DNA of 64,000 nt from Octopus sinensis (GCF_006345805.1 NC_043001.1:77004001-77068000); one strand, 5' to 3'; shown: positions 1 through 13,434, counted from the first letter of the stretch. Translations and numbers: made by a program. Notes: generated by a model from the letters alone, not told the origin.

Positions 1-993
1 CACCATGGTGAGGAAGAGCAACCGCTCAGATCGAGCGGAGATCATGTTTACAGCTGTTCTGTTATGATAGAGTCCCCTGTTAGTTCATCAAGGGCCAGAT
101 ATAGTCATCGCATTAACAGCAGTAATAGAAACAGCAGCTGTAGCAACAGCAGCAGCAGCAGTAATAATATGAGTGACTCCAATGAGTTCCTCTTGGATAC
201 AAATGGAGGAAGCAGAGGAGGGGCAGATGTCTTGGCATCTCGTTTAAGCAATGGTGGCGATGTGAACAGTGATGAAAAGTTAAACGGTGCCGTTGGATGT
301 TCTCCTATGGTTACCTCTAGTCCGGGTTTGTATCCTGCGGCTGTAATGCCTCCTGCCACAGATTCAAGTATCGCTCCTTCTACTGCCTCCAGTACTGCTG
401 CTACCGCTGCCACTACTGCTGCTGCTGCTGCCGCCGCCGCACCGTCTGGTGCCGCTGTCGTCTTGAATGGCACACATAATGATAACTTTAATCCTCGCAG
501 GTCTTACCCCACTACTGCTGCCATTGGAAACGACTCTGAGAGTTGTGACGATGATGATGATGATAGCTTCTCTCAACATGGTAACCTGCTCTCAAACATA
601 GAGAACTTTTGTTTTGCCGACATGGAACCGTCGCCGAAACATAGCACAAAGAAATCCTCCAGCAATAGGAACAGCAACAACTATGATAACAGTAACAATA
701 TATTCTGTGATTTAAATTCTGTCAATTTTAATACAGACAATAATAATAAAAGGGGGAGTGGTGATAGTGTTTCAGGTGGCAGAAATGGTATTGAAGCAAA
801 AACATCACCTGGCATTGCAAACGGCATTGGCGAAATGAATGGAACCAAGAATGATATTGTGACCCCCAGAACTAATGAAGAAGGTGGTGGTGGTGGTGGT
901 GGAGGAGGTATGATGAAGATGCATAGAAACAGGGCTGTGGAAGAGAGTGAACTTGTAACACCACAACCAGAATCGGTTAGACTGCTGCAGTGA
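1..993 (+). CDS. 3'-terminal coding exon (5' end outside window) of an unidentified protein; Ser/Asn/Ala/Asp/Gly-rich, probably disordered
   Basis: Frame 1 is open from base 1 (HHGEEEQPLRSSGDHVYSCSV) into the listed 309-aa ORF and stops at TGA 991-993. Homopolymer tracts (polyS, A, D, G) are in frame, GC is higher than in the AT-rich sequence after the stop, and no domain is recognisable. Confidence 0.75.
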   Translation, partial: HHGEEEQPLRSSGDHVYSCSVMIESPVSSSRARYSHRINSSNRNSSCSNSSSSSNNMSDSNEFLLDTNGGSRGGADVLASRLSNGGDVNSDEKLNGAVGCSPMVTSSPGLYPAAVMPPATDSSIAPSTASSTAATAATTAAAAAAAAPSGAAVVLNGTHNDNFNPRRSYPTTAAIGNDSESCDDDDDDSFSQHGNLLSNIENFCFADMEPSPKHSTKKSSSNRNSNNYDNSNNIFCDLNSVNFNTDNNNKRGSGDSVSGGRNGIEAKTSPGIANGIGEMNGTKNDIVTPRTNEEGGGGGGGGGMMKMHRNRAVEESELVTPQPESVRLLQ

Positions 994-1668
994 ATGATAA
1001 ATCTCATAGATTATATTTTCTTTAAAATGAAAAATACATATTAAAAAAAATGGGAAGAATGTAGTGTGAAAGAGTGAATGATTAAAAGTGAGCAAGAAAG
1101 AATGAAAACAAGTAAGAAAGAATAAGAGAATGAAAGAGAAAGACAGGCTATGAATGAATTAATAATTTGCCAAATTTCTTTTGCCCTCTTATATTCTCTT
1201 CTTCTGCTGTGACACATTCTGGACAATACCATAATTGGAAGAATGGAGGAAGGAATTTGTTAAAGAAGCAGAGTGTGTGTGCATGTGCAATGCATTTTCT
1301 CTTTATGTATGTGCATGCATGTGCAGTTATTCATTCTGTGGAACACATGCATATGCATGTACATACATGCATATAAATATACATGCCCAGATACACACTC
1401 ATATGCACACACATATACATGCACACACACACACACACTCATATATTCATACATGCATGTGCTCACATACACACACGCACACAAACAAATACCTGCTATC
1501 ATGTCAAAAAGGTTTAATATCATCTCCTGGTCTTTGAGTGCCTTGAACAGGATTTATTTTGTCAAAAGCAATCAGATCAGAACCCTGTCCATCCCTACCT
1601 ATGACGGTTAATCTCACCAATTCCAGCAAGGTCTGTAAAAGTGATCAGTATTGCCACTCCATTCTTGA

Positions 1669-1710
<42 letters not shown>

Positions 1711-3056
1711 TAGATAGATAGATTCATTGCTTAATATTAAACAACTGAATGCCCAATACATATTATAGAGATGGTTCTTTTAAATTTTTTTTATTAACAC
1801 TGAATCTGAGAGCTTGTCTCACAAGACAACCTTTCAGCTTCAGTTTTAATAAAAAAAAAAAACTACACACACACAAATACTCTTATGTTAAATAGCTTAC
1901 AACAAAAATTCTTCATTTATTAAAATTATCTTCACCTAAATGATGTATTATCATTCCCAAATGACAATTATGACCAGCCTCACCTGAGAAAGGAATATAT
2001 CCTCAAGATTCAAAAATTCTCCAAAACTGACATGACTTTAAGGAAAAGAATAGGTTTATTGTATGGAAATAAGAGGATAGTCATGGACATATGTTTCTAG
2101 TCAATAGCCTTTATTAGCACAACAATTGTCCAACCTTGTCTCCAGTACCCAAAGAATAAGACTTGACTTATACGAACAAAAAAAAAAAGAGAAGAAATAG
2201 TAATAGCTTTGGTGGTTTGCATAATTTAAACAAAAACGAGCCAAAAGAAATAATTTGAAATGGCCAATAATGTATTTGGATAACATAGACAAATACTGGT
2301 ATACTAAATACTTTGCAACAAAAATCCCTAATGGAGATATGGAAATCTAAGTAGATTTCTTAGTCAGAATTCTTGCAAATACTGGCCAACAGAGTACATA
2401 GAACAGTTTCCTTTAAGGAAACTGTTCTATGCAAACTGAAATTGACGTCTACCTTCTGCATGATTTTGGGGGCTAATAGCCTGTAAGATAAACACCCTGT
2501 AACAAATACAATTCATTTTCAGCAGGGGTGTACTGTAGCAACAAGGAATGACACAATGTGGAACTTGGCTTGGTAACTGAACCCAGGGTTTTTAATGATC
2601 TTCATAAACAGCAATCACATGAGTGAGATGAGCTCTCAATGAGATCATGGAATTACAACTTGACTTCATAAGTAGATCACTAAAAGAAGCTTTATGAAAA
2701 TGAATTGACACATTGTCATTCACAAAATCTCTTAAAATACTTGTTGACTGAATGAGAACTCAATATAATATACTGATAGATAGACAGACTGACTGACAAA
2801 GAAAGAAAGATAGACTGACAAAGAAAGAAAGATAGACTGACAGAGAAAGAAGAGATAGACTGACAGAGAAAGAAGGATATTGGTAGACAGATATATATAT
2901 TATATAATATTATATATATATTTATATATTTAAAAACAAGTGGGAGTATTTTTTCTTTTCTGGTCCATAATTTGTCAAAGTTAATTATAGATTTACGTCT
3001 GTAGATCTCTCTCTCTCTCTCTGTCTACATATATATATATATATACATACACACAT

Positions 3057-3093
<37 letters not shown>

Positions 3094-3977
3094 GGGAGAG
3101 AAAAGAGTGTTATTGTTTGCTAGAAGCATTGCAGAATATGTAGAATAAGAATTTTGAAAGCCATGGCATTGAAGTTGGAAAGTGAGAAAACATAAGGAAT
3201 GATAAAACATTTAAGAATCTGATATTTTGGGTGAAAACACTTTTTTGATGAGGCAAATAATAATGAGAACAGCAGAATATGAGTTTCATATACAAGCATG
3301 AAACTACAAGGAACTCAAACGTGTCTCCTGTTCGTATCAGTCCCTGAAAGAGGTTTTTTTTTTTACTTGAAATATCAGATTATTAAATAATATGAAGTAA
3401 CAGTTTATTGTAATTTTCTAAATCTCATCTGTGTGTGTGTGTGTATATATTACAATTAATAAGAGGAATGACAACTAAAGTGGAATCCTATACGCTAGAA
3501 ATAGACGTCAAATCACCTTACCACACAAAGTGTGTTCTCAAGAAAAAAACCTAGCAAACATACATACAAATATACATACATATACATACATACATGTGTG
3601 TGTTTGTATGTATGTATATGTAGATATAAGGCATAGGAGACATTCATGTATGTATTAAGCTTTTATTAATGACATATCTCAAAAGTAAATTCAGATATAA
3701 GTAATAGCTTAGAATATATTTGATGGAAGAAAGTCAGAAATTGCTTTGGTAGTATTTCTGTCTGGGTTAAAGAAGATGCATGGTTCATGGCCTGCAGGTA
3801 GCTTTGCATCATTTTCCCCTTTCAACGAGTTTTTAACTCCATGTATTTTAACGTATTATTTGTAGTTGAATTTGCTATGTGATACATCACTAAAATAAGA
3901 CTTATTTATATACTTCTTGATGCTCCTACATTTGTATTATATATATGTGTGTGTGTGTGTCTGTGTGTGTGTGTGAA

Positions 3978-4310
3978 GGCACATGGCACAATGGTTAGAG
4001 TGTTAGGCTCACAATCATGAGGTAGAGAGTTCGATTCTTGGGCTGGGCTGTGTGTTGTGTTCTTGAGCAAGACTCTTTATTTCACATTGCTCCAGTTCAC
4101 ACTCAGCTGTAGAAATGAGCTGCCATGTCACTGGTGCCAAGCTGTATTGGCTTTTGCCTTTCCCTTGGATATCATTAGTGATGTGGAGAGGTGAGGCTAG
4201 TATACCTGGCCGACTGCTGATCTTCCACAAACAATCTTGCTTGGATTTGTTCCTCGAAGGGTAACTTTCTAGTGGAATACCATGGTCATTCATGCCTGAA
4301 GGAGGTCTTT
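3978..4310 (+). mobile_element. SINE family B (tRNA-like head with CTCACAA loop)
   Basis: GGCACATGGCACAATGGTTAGAG..GAGTTCGATTC then TGTGTTCTTGAGCAAGAC. Homologous to 11028-11361 and 59762-60094. Confidence 0.85.
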
Positions 4311-4329
4311 ACCCTTTATTCAATATATA

Positions 4330-4555
4330 TGTATATATACATATAAGCATGGCTTCCACTGGGCTTGACATGTCATAAGGTTCACAAAAACCAGGAAAAC
4401 CCATGCAATTGCTGAGTGGTATCCAAGAGACCAGAAAAGGCCTTCACTCATGACAATGGGAAGATGATTTAGTTAAATGATTTGGGCCATAAACAATCAA
4501 GAAATAATTAGAAGTGCATTGTGACCAATGGTGTATAATCTGGTCAATACAAATG
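4330..4555 (+). mobile_element. RTE-type 3' end fragment
   Basis: HWA*HVIRFT...IAEWYPRDQKRP...QWEDDL; homologous to 51400-51640. Confidence 0.65.
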
Positions 4556-5423
4556 ATATGTGTGTGTGTGTATATATATATATGTGTTGATTTTGTTTGG
4601 CATAGAGATACTAATAAACAGTTGTTACAACTCAATATACATTCCCATAACTTAGCAGTTTGGCAAAAGAGACTGATACAATAATTTCCAAGCTTAAAAA
4701 TAGTACTGAGCTCAAATCGTTTGGCTAAACCCTTCAAGGTGGTGTCACAGTATGGCAGCAATCTGATGACTGAAACAAGAAGATAAAAGTTATGTTTCAG
4801 AGTAAAGCATGAAGAGAGTACAGAGCGTAACATCAATAAATGAATGACAAAAGAACATTAATTCATACACACACACACACTCACACACATATACACACAC
4901 AAATGTTAGAGTTACAAATGAAAAAAATTTCAGTAGATTTTGAAGAATTTATATGGAAACAGTTGATGATGCTCTCAACATTTCTTATTGCTGGGTGACC
5001 ACTGGAACTTTGCAAAAGAAATCTGTGTGAATTATTGTCAATTGTTTCCATAAGTGTTTTTTTTTACAGGTTATATCTATTTTAGATGAGCATACTGCTT
5101 GCACAGACAGACTTTATATCCAGCAGGGTTTTTTTTTTTTTTAATCTAAGGATAAGTGGATCATAAACAATTAGTGAATAGAAGAATTCCACTATTGTAG
5201 TAATATTGGGTTAGTGCAGTGGCTGCAGACAACAATGACAATGTCTATGACAAGAAATCAAATGATGCACAGAATTCTAGATCAGATGGTTGCCTGGAAT
5301 GTTGAGCTATATGATTTGGGCCAAGACCAACAAGAAGGGCATAGTCAAGAAATTGGAAATGCATTGTGGTCAGCAATGTATAACAACAGTCTTATAGATA
5401 CAGGCAATGTGTGTGTATGTATG

Positions 5424-5485
<62 letters not shown>

Positions 5486-5497
5486 TACATATATACA

Positions 5498-5530
5498 TCG
5501 GTAGCGCAGTAGGCAGTGCGTCAGTCTTAT
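5498..5530 (+). pseudogene. 5' half of an elongator tRNA-Met, truncated at the anticodon
   Basis: TCGGTAGCGCAGTAGGCAGTGCGTCAGTCTTAT vs recalled metazoan tRNA-Met TCGTTAGCGCAGTAGG(C/T)AGCGCGTCAGTCTCAT. No T-arm follows. Confidence 0.7.
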
Positions 5531-8500
5531 ATATATATATATATATATTTATATGTTGATTTGGCTTAAGCATGGTGATACAACCAGTTAGAACTCAATA
5601 TATTTATGCTTTTAGAGCAAAGCATCAGGAGAGTTCAAGTGTGTAATATCAATTAATAAATGACAACATTGGGACACATGGACACACATCTGTTACAAAT
5701 GAGAGAAATAATATTTAATACAGTTAGCTATGATTGATCTGATAGATGCTAACATCTCGACTGTAACAGCCTTTAGGGCGCTCGTTCAGGAATTTACTTT
5801 GACAGACAAAATTAAGTTAAGACCATGTGACAAAAAGAAATGTTGTTTATATATTAAGGAGGTTGATGTTATATGAGATCATATCGTTATTGGAATATAA
5901 GTTCAGTGAATGCTGTGTTATAGATCCAACTAAAAAAATGCTAAGCTTCTGAATTAGCTACTTTCAGAAAGACTGGATGAAGTTGTTATCAGGGAACACG
6001 CATACATGTCAGAACACTTGCTTGAGTTTTTGGTAGCATACTGAATCCAGATGTTTACTAGAATATTTGGTCATGGTGTGGGTATGGTTGTGTGACTAAG
6101 AAGCTCACTTTGCAAACCTGTGGCTCTGGGTTCAATCCTACAGTGTAACACCTTGGACAAGTGTCTTCTGCTATAGTCCTAGACTAACGAATACCATGTG
6201 AATGGTTTTGGTAAATGGAAACTACATGGAAACCTGTCTTTTATATATCCTTATACACACACACACATGTGTTTGTCCCACTCCACCACTTGACAATAGG
6301 TGTTGGTTTGTTTATATCCTCTTAACAAAAGAGTCCAACAGAATAAGTATAAACTTTAAAAATTAAGTATCTGAGTTAACCTGTCTGATTAAAAACCCTT
6401 TGAGGCAGTTCCCCAGCATGGCTGCTGTCCAATGACTGAAGCAAATATAAAGATAAAAAGGTGCTATTGAATCCTGTCCTTTATCAAAATGCCGGACAAA
6501 GTTTTTATTTGGGTGCTGAGTCAGATGGCTGCCACAAGCACTAGATCCAGGCCAGTTGTCAAAATACTGGTAAAATGTTGATTCAAGTGGTGCTATAGAG
6601 AAGGTGGATCAAGCTGCTACAAAAGTTTATATGTATGGCTGCTGGGTTGAAACAGCTGCAAAAGTAATGAAATCAGAAAACAGTAATAAATAACCAGACA
6701 AATCAATCTTGAAGTATTTAATCTTTGAAATGTTAGAAACCTGAATAAATTGTTGTGGTTTTAGCACTTAACCCAACAACCAATACTTAAGCAAATGTTG
6801 CTTACATGTTAGCTAGACTAGACTCATGTGACTGGCCATATAAGATCATCATGTTTAGAGAAATAGATCAGTCTAAATTAGTGGGATGACTGGGACTAGG
6901 GTCTAATTTAAACTATGGCTAGATTGAGGCATGGAACTGGATCTGACATTGAATCATACAAAGTAAATAGAGTGCTTTGAGTTTTTACTGGAACAGCTGA
7001 GGGAACTGAATGTGAACCAAGTTTCACAAAGATTGGTTGAGACAGCTGACACCTTGCACTTGAAAAAAACTTCATATTCTGTTATTTTAAAAATCTGTTT
7101 TGCCCTCCAAAACTCAATTGCAATTAGATATAAACTTCAAGATAAAAGGACAATTAAAAATCACCATCGGTATCCATTATCAGGTGTTAAGTTAGATATT
7201 GAGATACTTCGTAAATGATTTCTTCATATTCCAACCAAGAAAAGTATTTACTTTTTACATAGTTTAAACAAAAGAAGACCTGACTAGAAATATATGACAA
7301 TGATGATATGTTAGGAATGTCATAAGGCAATGAGCTGGCAGAACCATTAGCACGCTGGACAAAATGCTTAGCAGTATTTTGCCCATCACTACATTCTGAG
7401 TTCAAATTCTGTTGAGGTCGACTTTGCCTTTCATCCTTTCAGGGTCGACAAATTAAGTATGAGTTAGGCACTGGGATCGATGTAATCAACTTATCTCCAC
7501 CCCTAAAATTTCAGGCCTTGTGCCTATAGTAGAAAGGATATGTTAGGAATGTCATGAATTGTCAAAGCACAGTTCTACAATGTTAATAATATTTGTTCCA
7601 AACACAAACCAATGAATTAAATGTAACTAAAAAAAAAGGTAGTGGAGGGGATTTACATGTGAAAGAACATAGACACACACACACGTAAGCAACATGCACA
7701 GCCACCTTCACATACAACCACACACCTCTTGCACATTTACAGAGGGAGAGAATGAGTGAGGGCAATAGAGATATATATTCCAGAATGTCTGGCAAAGTGT
7801 GATTAATTTGAAAGGTTTTGAAGGTGTTGAGAATTTGTGCCTTTTCTAAGTTGCCAAAATCTTCATCATATTTCCACGCCCATTGCAGATTAAGAGAATC
7901 TGCCACCACCTCAAGAAATACACTCCAAAACCACCCCCATTTCCAGAGACCCCCTCCCTGAAAAAAACCAATCGAAAAACTACTGAGCGGCCATTCTTGT
8001 TTTATTTTTCTTGAATATATTTTTTATCTTTTATCTTAATCAGGATATTCTTTCTCATTATCATATTGGTTTATTGATTAGACACGAAGGGAAGCTTAAT
8101 TGAATGAAGTGCATTTTCTGTAATTAATTATCGTTACTTATTTCATCAGTCACAATAACAGAGAAGGTAATGTCACATCCTTGTGAGATTTGAACTTGGA
8201 ACAGAGGTTACTTAGCACGTAAACCAATGCTCAACTGTTTCTGCACAATTACTGCCCTTGAATTTTTTGTTCTCTTCATCAGCTAGCTTTTTAACATAGG
8301 CAGAAGCCCCTAAATTTAGGCAATGTTGTATAGTTGATCAAACAGTACTTAGCCTAGAACTTATTGACTCCCAGATGGATGGAAACCAAACTTGACTTTA
8401 GTGGGATACAAAGTCAAAATGTAAAGATGTGTAACTAAATACCTCAAGCAATTTTTTTTCTTATTTGTTGGTTGTTTTACCACTTCTACCAGTTTATATT

Positions 8501-9689
8501 GAGTTGACTGTATGTGGAAATGGTAAACTAACAGCTGATAAGAAGTCTTTTAAAAAACAGCGAGCTGGTAGAAATGTTAGCATGCCGAGTGAAATGCTTA
8601 ACAGTATTTCGTCTATTGTTACATTCTGGGTTCAAATTCTGCCGAGGTCGACTTTGGCTTTCCTCCTATAGGGGTCGATAAATTAAGTACCATCTATGTA
8701 CTGGGGTCGATAGCCCCTTGTGGGCATTAAAGAAATAAGAAGTCTTTTAATGATGAAAGCTGATGAGTTGTGGAATGTAAAATACTGTATTTAGTTTTGG
8801 AACTTTGTTCTAAATTAAAGTCTCGCTAGGTTAGACTTTTCTTGTTTCAAAGTCAACAGAAATAAGTACCAGTTGTTAAGACATCTATGTTCTAATAACT
8901 CGTTAAACATCTATGCTTGCCCTTCCCTCTACATTAGCGACATCAGTAACCTCTGTTGTTATTGGAGTGAACTAATATGTTGGTGTTTCAGTTCTCAGAT
9001 AGAGCTTATTTTATTTCACTTACATTGTTAGAATCCTCAAGGGCATGAATGTCACTCCCCTATAAATTTTAACATTGTGTCTAATCTAAAAAATTAATAT
9101 CAATCAAGGCAGCATGATTTTAAGGGCACCAGAATAAATAAATGCCTTGCAATGTTGAGGTTTCATCCCTCAGTACACTATGTTCATATCTGGTGGAGAT
9201 CAATAAAGTTTTCATTCACCAATGCTCTATAAATTTAGCACCAGTAATATAATGTGATCAATTCAATCAACTTATTTTGCTCTTTCTAAAATCTGGCCTT
9301 GTCTACAGAAATCAATATAAATTTCTGTGTGTGTTTGTGTGTCTTCATTTTTGCCTTTCCTTCCTCTAAGATATAAATCTTTCTTGCCACAATGAAAGGA
9401 ATCCAGTATTAATTGTATGTGGCCATGCAACAGTGCTAAAAAACCTATATTGTTTGCTTTGGTGGAATCACTCGTTACTGTGGACATAAATGACAAGCTG
9501 AACTTTTGTGTTGGTTCTGATTCCTGCCTGGAGTCCATTATTTTCCCCCTTACATCATAAATGCTCTTGGCAAACACAATTCCACTTTATAAGAAGTAAT
9601 TATGATCCTTGTGATGTTGAACACTTTTAGCAGAAATGTAAAACTCTAGAAATCCCCTAGCCCTCAAACAGGCTTTCAAGGGCCAGTGA

Positions 9690-9900
9690 ATTCATGATGT
9701 TATGTAGAAAGTATCTTCCCTGGATAGGATGCCAGTCTATCGCAGGTAACATTCCCATATGTATTTAAATCTGGCGGTACATATTCCTACTGATAGCTAG
9801 CGAGTGGGAGCTGGACTGAAACGTGAATTAAATGCATTGTCCAGAAGCATTACTAAAGAACTGCATTGGATTTGAACTCCTAATCTCAGTGGACCTCCCT
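9690..9900 (-). mobile_element. Old V-domain-like SINE relic
   Basis: The - strand reads CCTGCGATAGACTGGCATCCTATCCAG, with GGAGTTCAAATCC upstream. Confidence 0.55.
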
Positions 9901-10364
9901 TCAGCTGTGAGCTAGAAGGTGGTGAGGCTCGGCATCTACTCTTTCATCTATTTCAGTTAATGTTAATTGCTAAGCCCTTTGTTTCTATTCTTCTCATGAA
10001 AATACGAAAAAAAAATTTCACAATAATGTAAAGAAAAAACAAAAATAAAGACATTGATTTAACAGACTAAAGATTTATGAACAATATCATCATTGCTATC
10101 ATCATCATCATCAAAAACATATTTCCTGCTCTTTGTCTTTCCTTCCACCACTACTAAGTGTTGTCTTAAGACCTGGCCACACTACACTGTTGCCCAGGGG
10201 TATGGGGGTCACACAAGTCTTGGAGCACACTGGTAATCTATTTATTTTGTGGTTTTCTGTCAAATGCACTTCTTTACTCAGGGTGGCCTATAAAGCTGTT
10301 GAGACAACCCTGATACAGTTCCTGTTCTATCAACCTTCACCCCCAGCCATGTGTCAACCATTCC

Positions 10365-10402
<38 letters not shown>

Positions 10403-11027
10403 CAACCTGTTAGAAATAGATACTAAATCACAGTCAAGTCATACCCTGATCTAGCTCAAACCAACACATTATGATCATTGCATGAATCATTTTTAAACCC
10501 ATCCCTGCTGTATTAGAGCTAAGCTAACCTTGATGTTACTCAACGGTTTCTCACCCACATCCTTCTCTTGCCACCCCAATCTCCTGCCATTGTGTCCCAT
10601 GCACTAAACACCTCTCCACAATCAATACTTTCCAGGTATTAACCTTCTAAAATATGCCTTCTTTGGCCCTGTTTTTGCTATTGAATCCCAGCCTGTCAGA
10701 GTTGCATCAGCCTCTTTAGTCTAAAAGGATCTGGATTGGCTGAAGGCTCTGCCCTAGCCCCTAGATACACTAAATGCTGTTGACAAAAGAATTCAGTGTT
10801 CTAGCAAGAGATACACTGGTTTTATTAGAATGGGAAGGTGGGGATGGTGGTGGGGGGTCACACTACAGTACTTATAGCTTTGTTATAAATGTTGTGATTT
10901 TGTTTCTGTACATTCACAGATGGCACCACTACAATAAGGTATCAGATTACAAGTCCAAAGCTGAATGGTTCATACCATCATGTCATCAGCAATCCATTAC
11001 AAAGACACACAATATATATAAATATAA

Positions 11028-11361
11028 GGTGCATGGCTCGGTGCTTAGAGCATCAGGCTCACAGTTGTGAGGTTGTGAGTTTGATTCCTGGACCGGGCTG
11101 TGTTGTGTTCTTGAGCAAGATTCTTTATTTCACATTGCTCCAGTTCACTCAGCTATAGAAATGAGTTGCAATGTCACTGGTGCAAGGCCAAGCTGTATTG
11201 TTCTTTGCCTTTCCCTTGATTGACATCAGTGGTGTGGAGAGGGCAGGCTGGTATGCATGGGCGACTGCTGGTCTTCCATAGACAACCTTGCCTGGACTTG
11301 TACCTTGGAGGGGAACTTTCTAAGTGCAATCCAATGGTCATTCATGACCGAAGGAGGTCTT
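11028..11361 (+). mobile_element. SINE family B copy
   Basis: Colinear with 3978-4310; ends TCATTCATGACCGAAGGAGGTCTT. Confidence 0.85.
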
Positions 11362-11983
11362 ATATATATATATATGTGCATGTGTATGTATCATCATCAC
11401 TTTGATATCCACTTTTCCATGTTTGTGTGAGGCAGATTTTCTACAACTGGATATGCTTCCTGTTGCTAACCCTCACCTATGTCCAGGTAAGGCAATATTT
11501 CCCTATGACCAGACATGTTTTCATGGAAGACTGCAAATAAAGAACACTGCTTGTATGACCATGACACACACACATACATGATGGATTTATTTCAGATTCC
11601 ATCTTGCAAATCCACTCATGAGGTTTTGGTTGGTTCAGGACTATTGTAGAAAATGTGCACAGGTTGCTATACAGTGGGACTGAACCCCAAAATCTTGTGA
11701 CTGGGAAGTGAACTTCTCAGCTGTATAAACATACCTGCACCTATATATGTGTGTGTCACTGTCTGGCTGCAATGACATCATACGAAAGTTTCAAGTGAGT
11801 ATTGCTGTCATACAAACTGTTCTTAACTCCCAATTTTCTATGGAAACATGTCTGAAAACATGTATACACACACACACACGTCACAAGGTGCTGGGATTTG
11901 TTTTGCTCCAGGTGTCAGTTGATTGGGTAGCACTATGCAACAACAAAAACAAATAAAACTTTTTTTTTTAATACTGAACTAAC

Positions 11984-12350
11984 GTTTTCCATGGCTGCAA
12001 TCTTAATTCATTACCATTGTTACCATGGTTACGTTCTTATTCCTCACCATTATTTCCATGGTTACATTCTTATCCATCATCATCATTTTTTTTTTTATAC
12101 GATCTGATTCATATAGCACATTGTTTCTATTGATACATCATTATGCTTCATCACTATCGTTTCCATAGTAATGGCCACATTTCAATGCCATTGTTTCCAT
12201 GGGTAAAATTTATTCCTCACAAATGTTGCCATGGATATGACCTTATATTTACTACATGGGGTTACTAGCATTAGACAGTCTCCCACAGTAACAGTTTCTA
12301 TGGATACAACTTACAAACAAATATTTCATCCTTACTGTTACCATGGCAAT
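11984..12350. promoter_or_regulatory. Homotypic cluster of RFX X-box-like motifs
   Basis: GTTACCATGGTTAC (12019), ATTTCCATGGTTAC (12052), GTTTCTATTGATAC (12123), GTTTCCATAGTAAT (12159), GTTTCCATGGGTAA (12193), GTTGCCATGGATAT (12225), GTTTCTATGGATAC (12294), GTTACCATGGCAAT (12337), plus a weaker site at 11984. Confidence 0.55.
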
Positions 12351-13434
12351 TCTGTGTGTGGTGTGTGTGAGTAAGTTCCAAAGATCTGTTTTTCCCCCTA
12401 CCCCTGCCTGTTTCGCTCTCCCCCATTCACTATACATATTACACTTCCATTTTATATATATTTGTATGTGTGTGTATATACATATATACATACAGCTAAG
12501 TGGACAAGTGAAAGAAAAGAGCACTCAAAGCATTTAGTAGGAGTTACATGTATAATTTAAAACAGGTTGATATGGTTCCTTGCAACTTGAAGTTTCTCGG
12601 GCCTCTAACAGAGAAGCCCATCTCTTTCGGGCATCACTTTACAGCAATCCAGAGTGCAGGCTTCTGTTATAGACCTCCAAGTCACATAGTACCATATCAA
12701 ACTACTTTAAATAATATATATGTATGTGTATATATATATATATGTATGTATACACACACACACACATATATATATATATACATATACTAACTGCTGGCAC
12801 TCTGTTGGTTACGATGATGAGGGTTCTAGTTGATCCAATCATTGGGACAGCTTGCTCGTGAAATAAATGTGCAAGTGGCTGCGCCCACCACAGACAGACA
12901 TTCACTGGGAACTTCAGCATGACACAAAATGTGACAAGGCTGGCTCGTTTTGAAATACAGGCACTACTCATTTTTGGCAGTTGAGGGGACTGTAGCAATG
13001 TGAAATAAAGTTTCTTGCTTAAGGACACATTATACATACATTATATATATATATATAAACACATATGTATATACATATATATATATACACATATATGTAT
13101 ATACATATATATATACACATATATGTATCATCATCATCATCATCATTTAGCGTCCGTTTTCCATGCTAGCATGGGTTGGACAGTTTAACTGGGGTCTGTG
13201 AAGCCGGAAGGCTTCATCAGGCCTAGTCAGATTTGGCAGTGTTTCTACGGCTGGATGCCCTTCCTAACGCCAACCACTCCGCGAGTGTAGTGGGTATTTT
13301 TTATGTGCCACCTGCACAGGTGCCAGACAGAGCTGGCACAATGGCCACGAACGGATGGTGCTTTTACGTGTCACCGGCACGGGGCCAGCCGAGGCTGGCA
13401 ATTTTATATATACATATATTATATATACACATAC

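Noticed and set aside
105-1095. - strand ORFs overlapping the first exon
   Set aside because: Antisense shadows of the low-complexity + strand CDS.
9272-9577. 101-aa - strand ORF
   Set aside because: No recognisable homology and only a weak donor; kept only as context for the 7.6-7.95 kb candidate.
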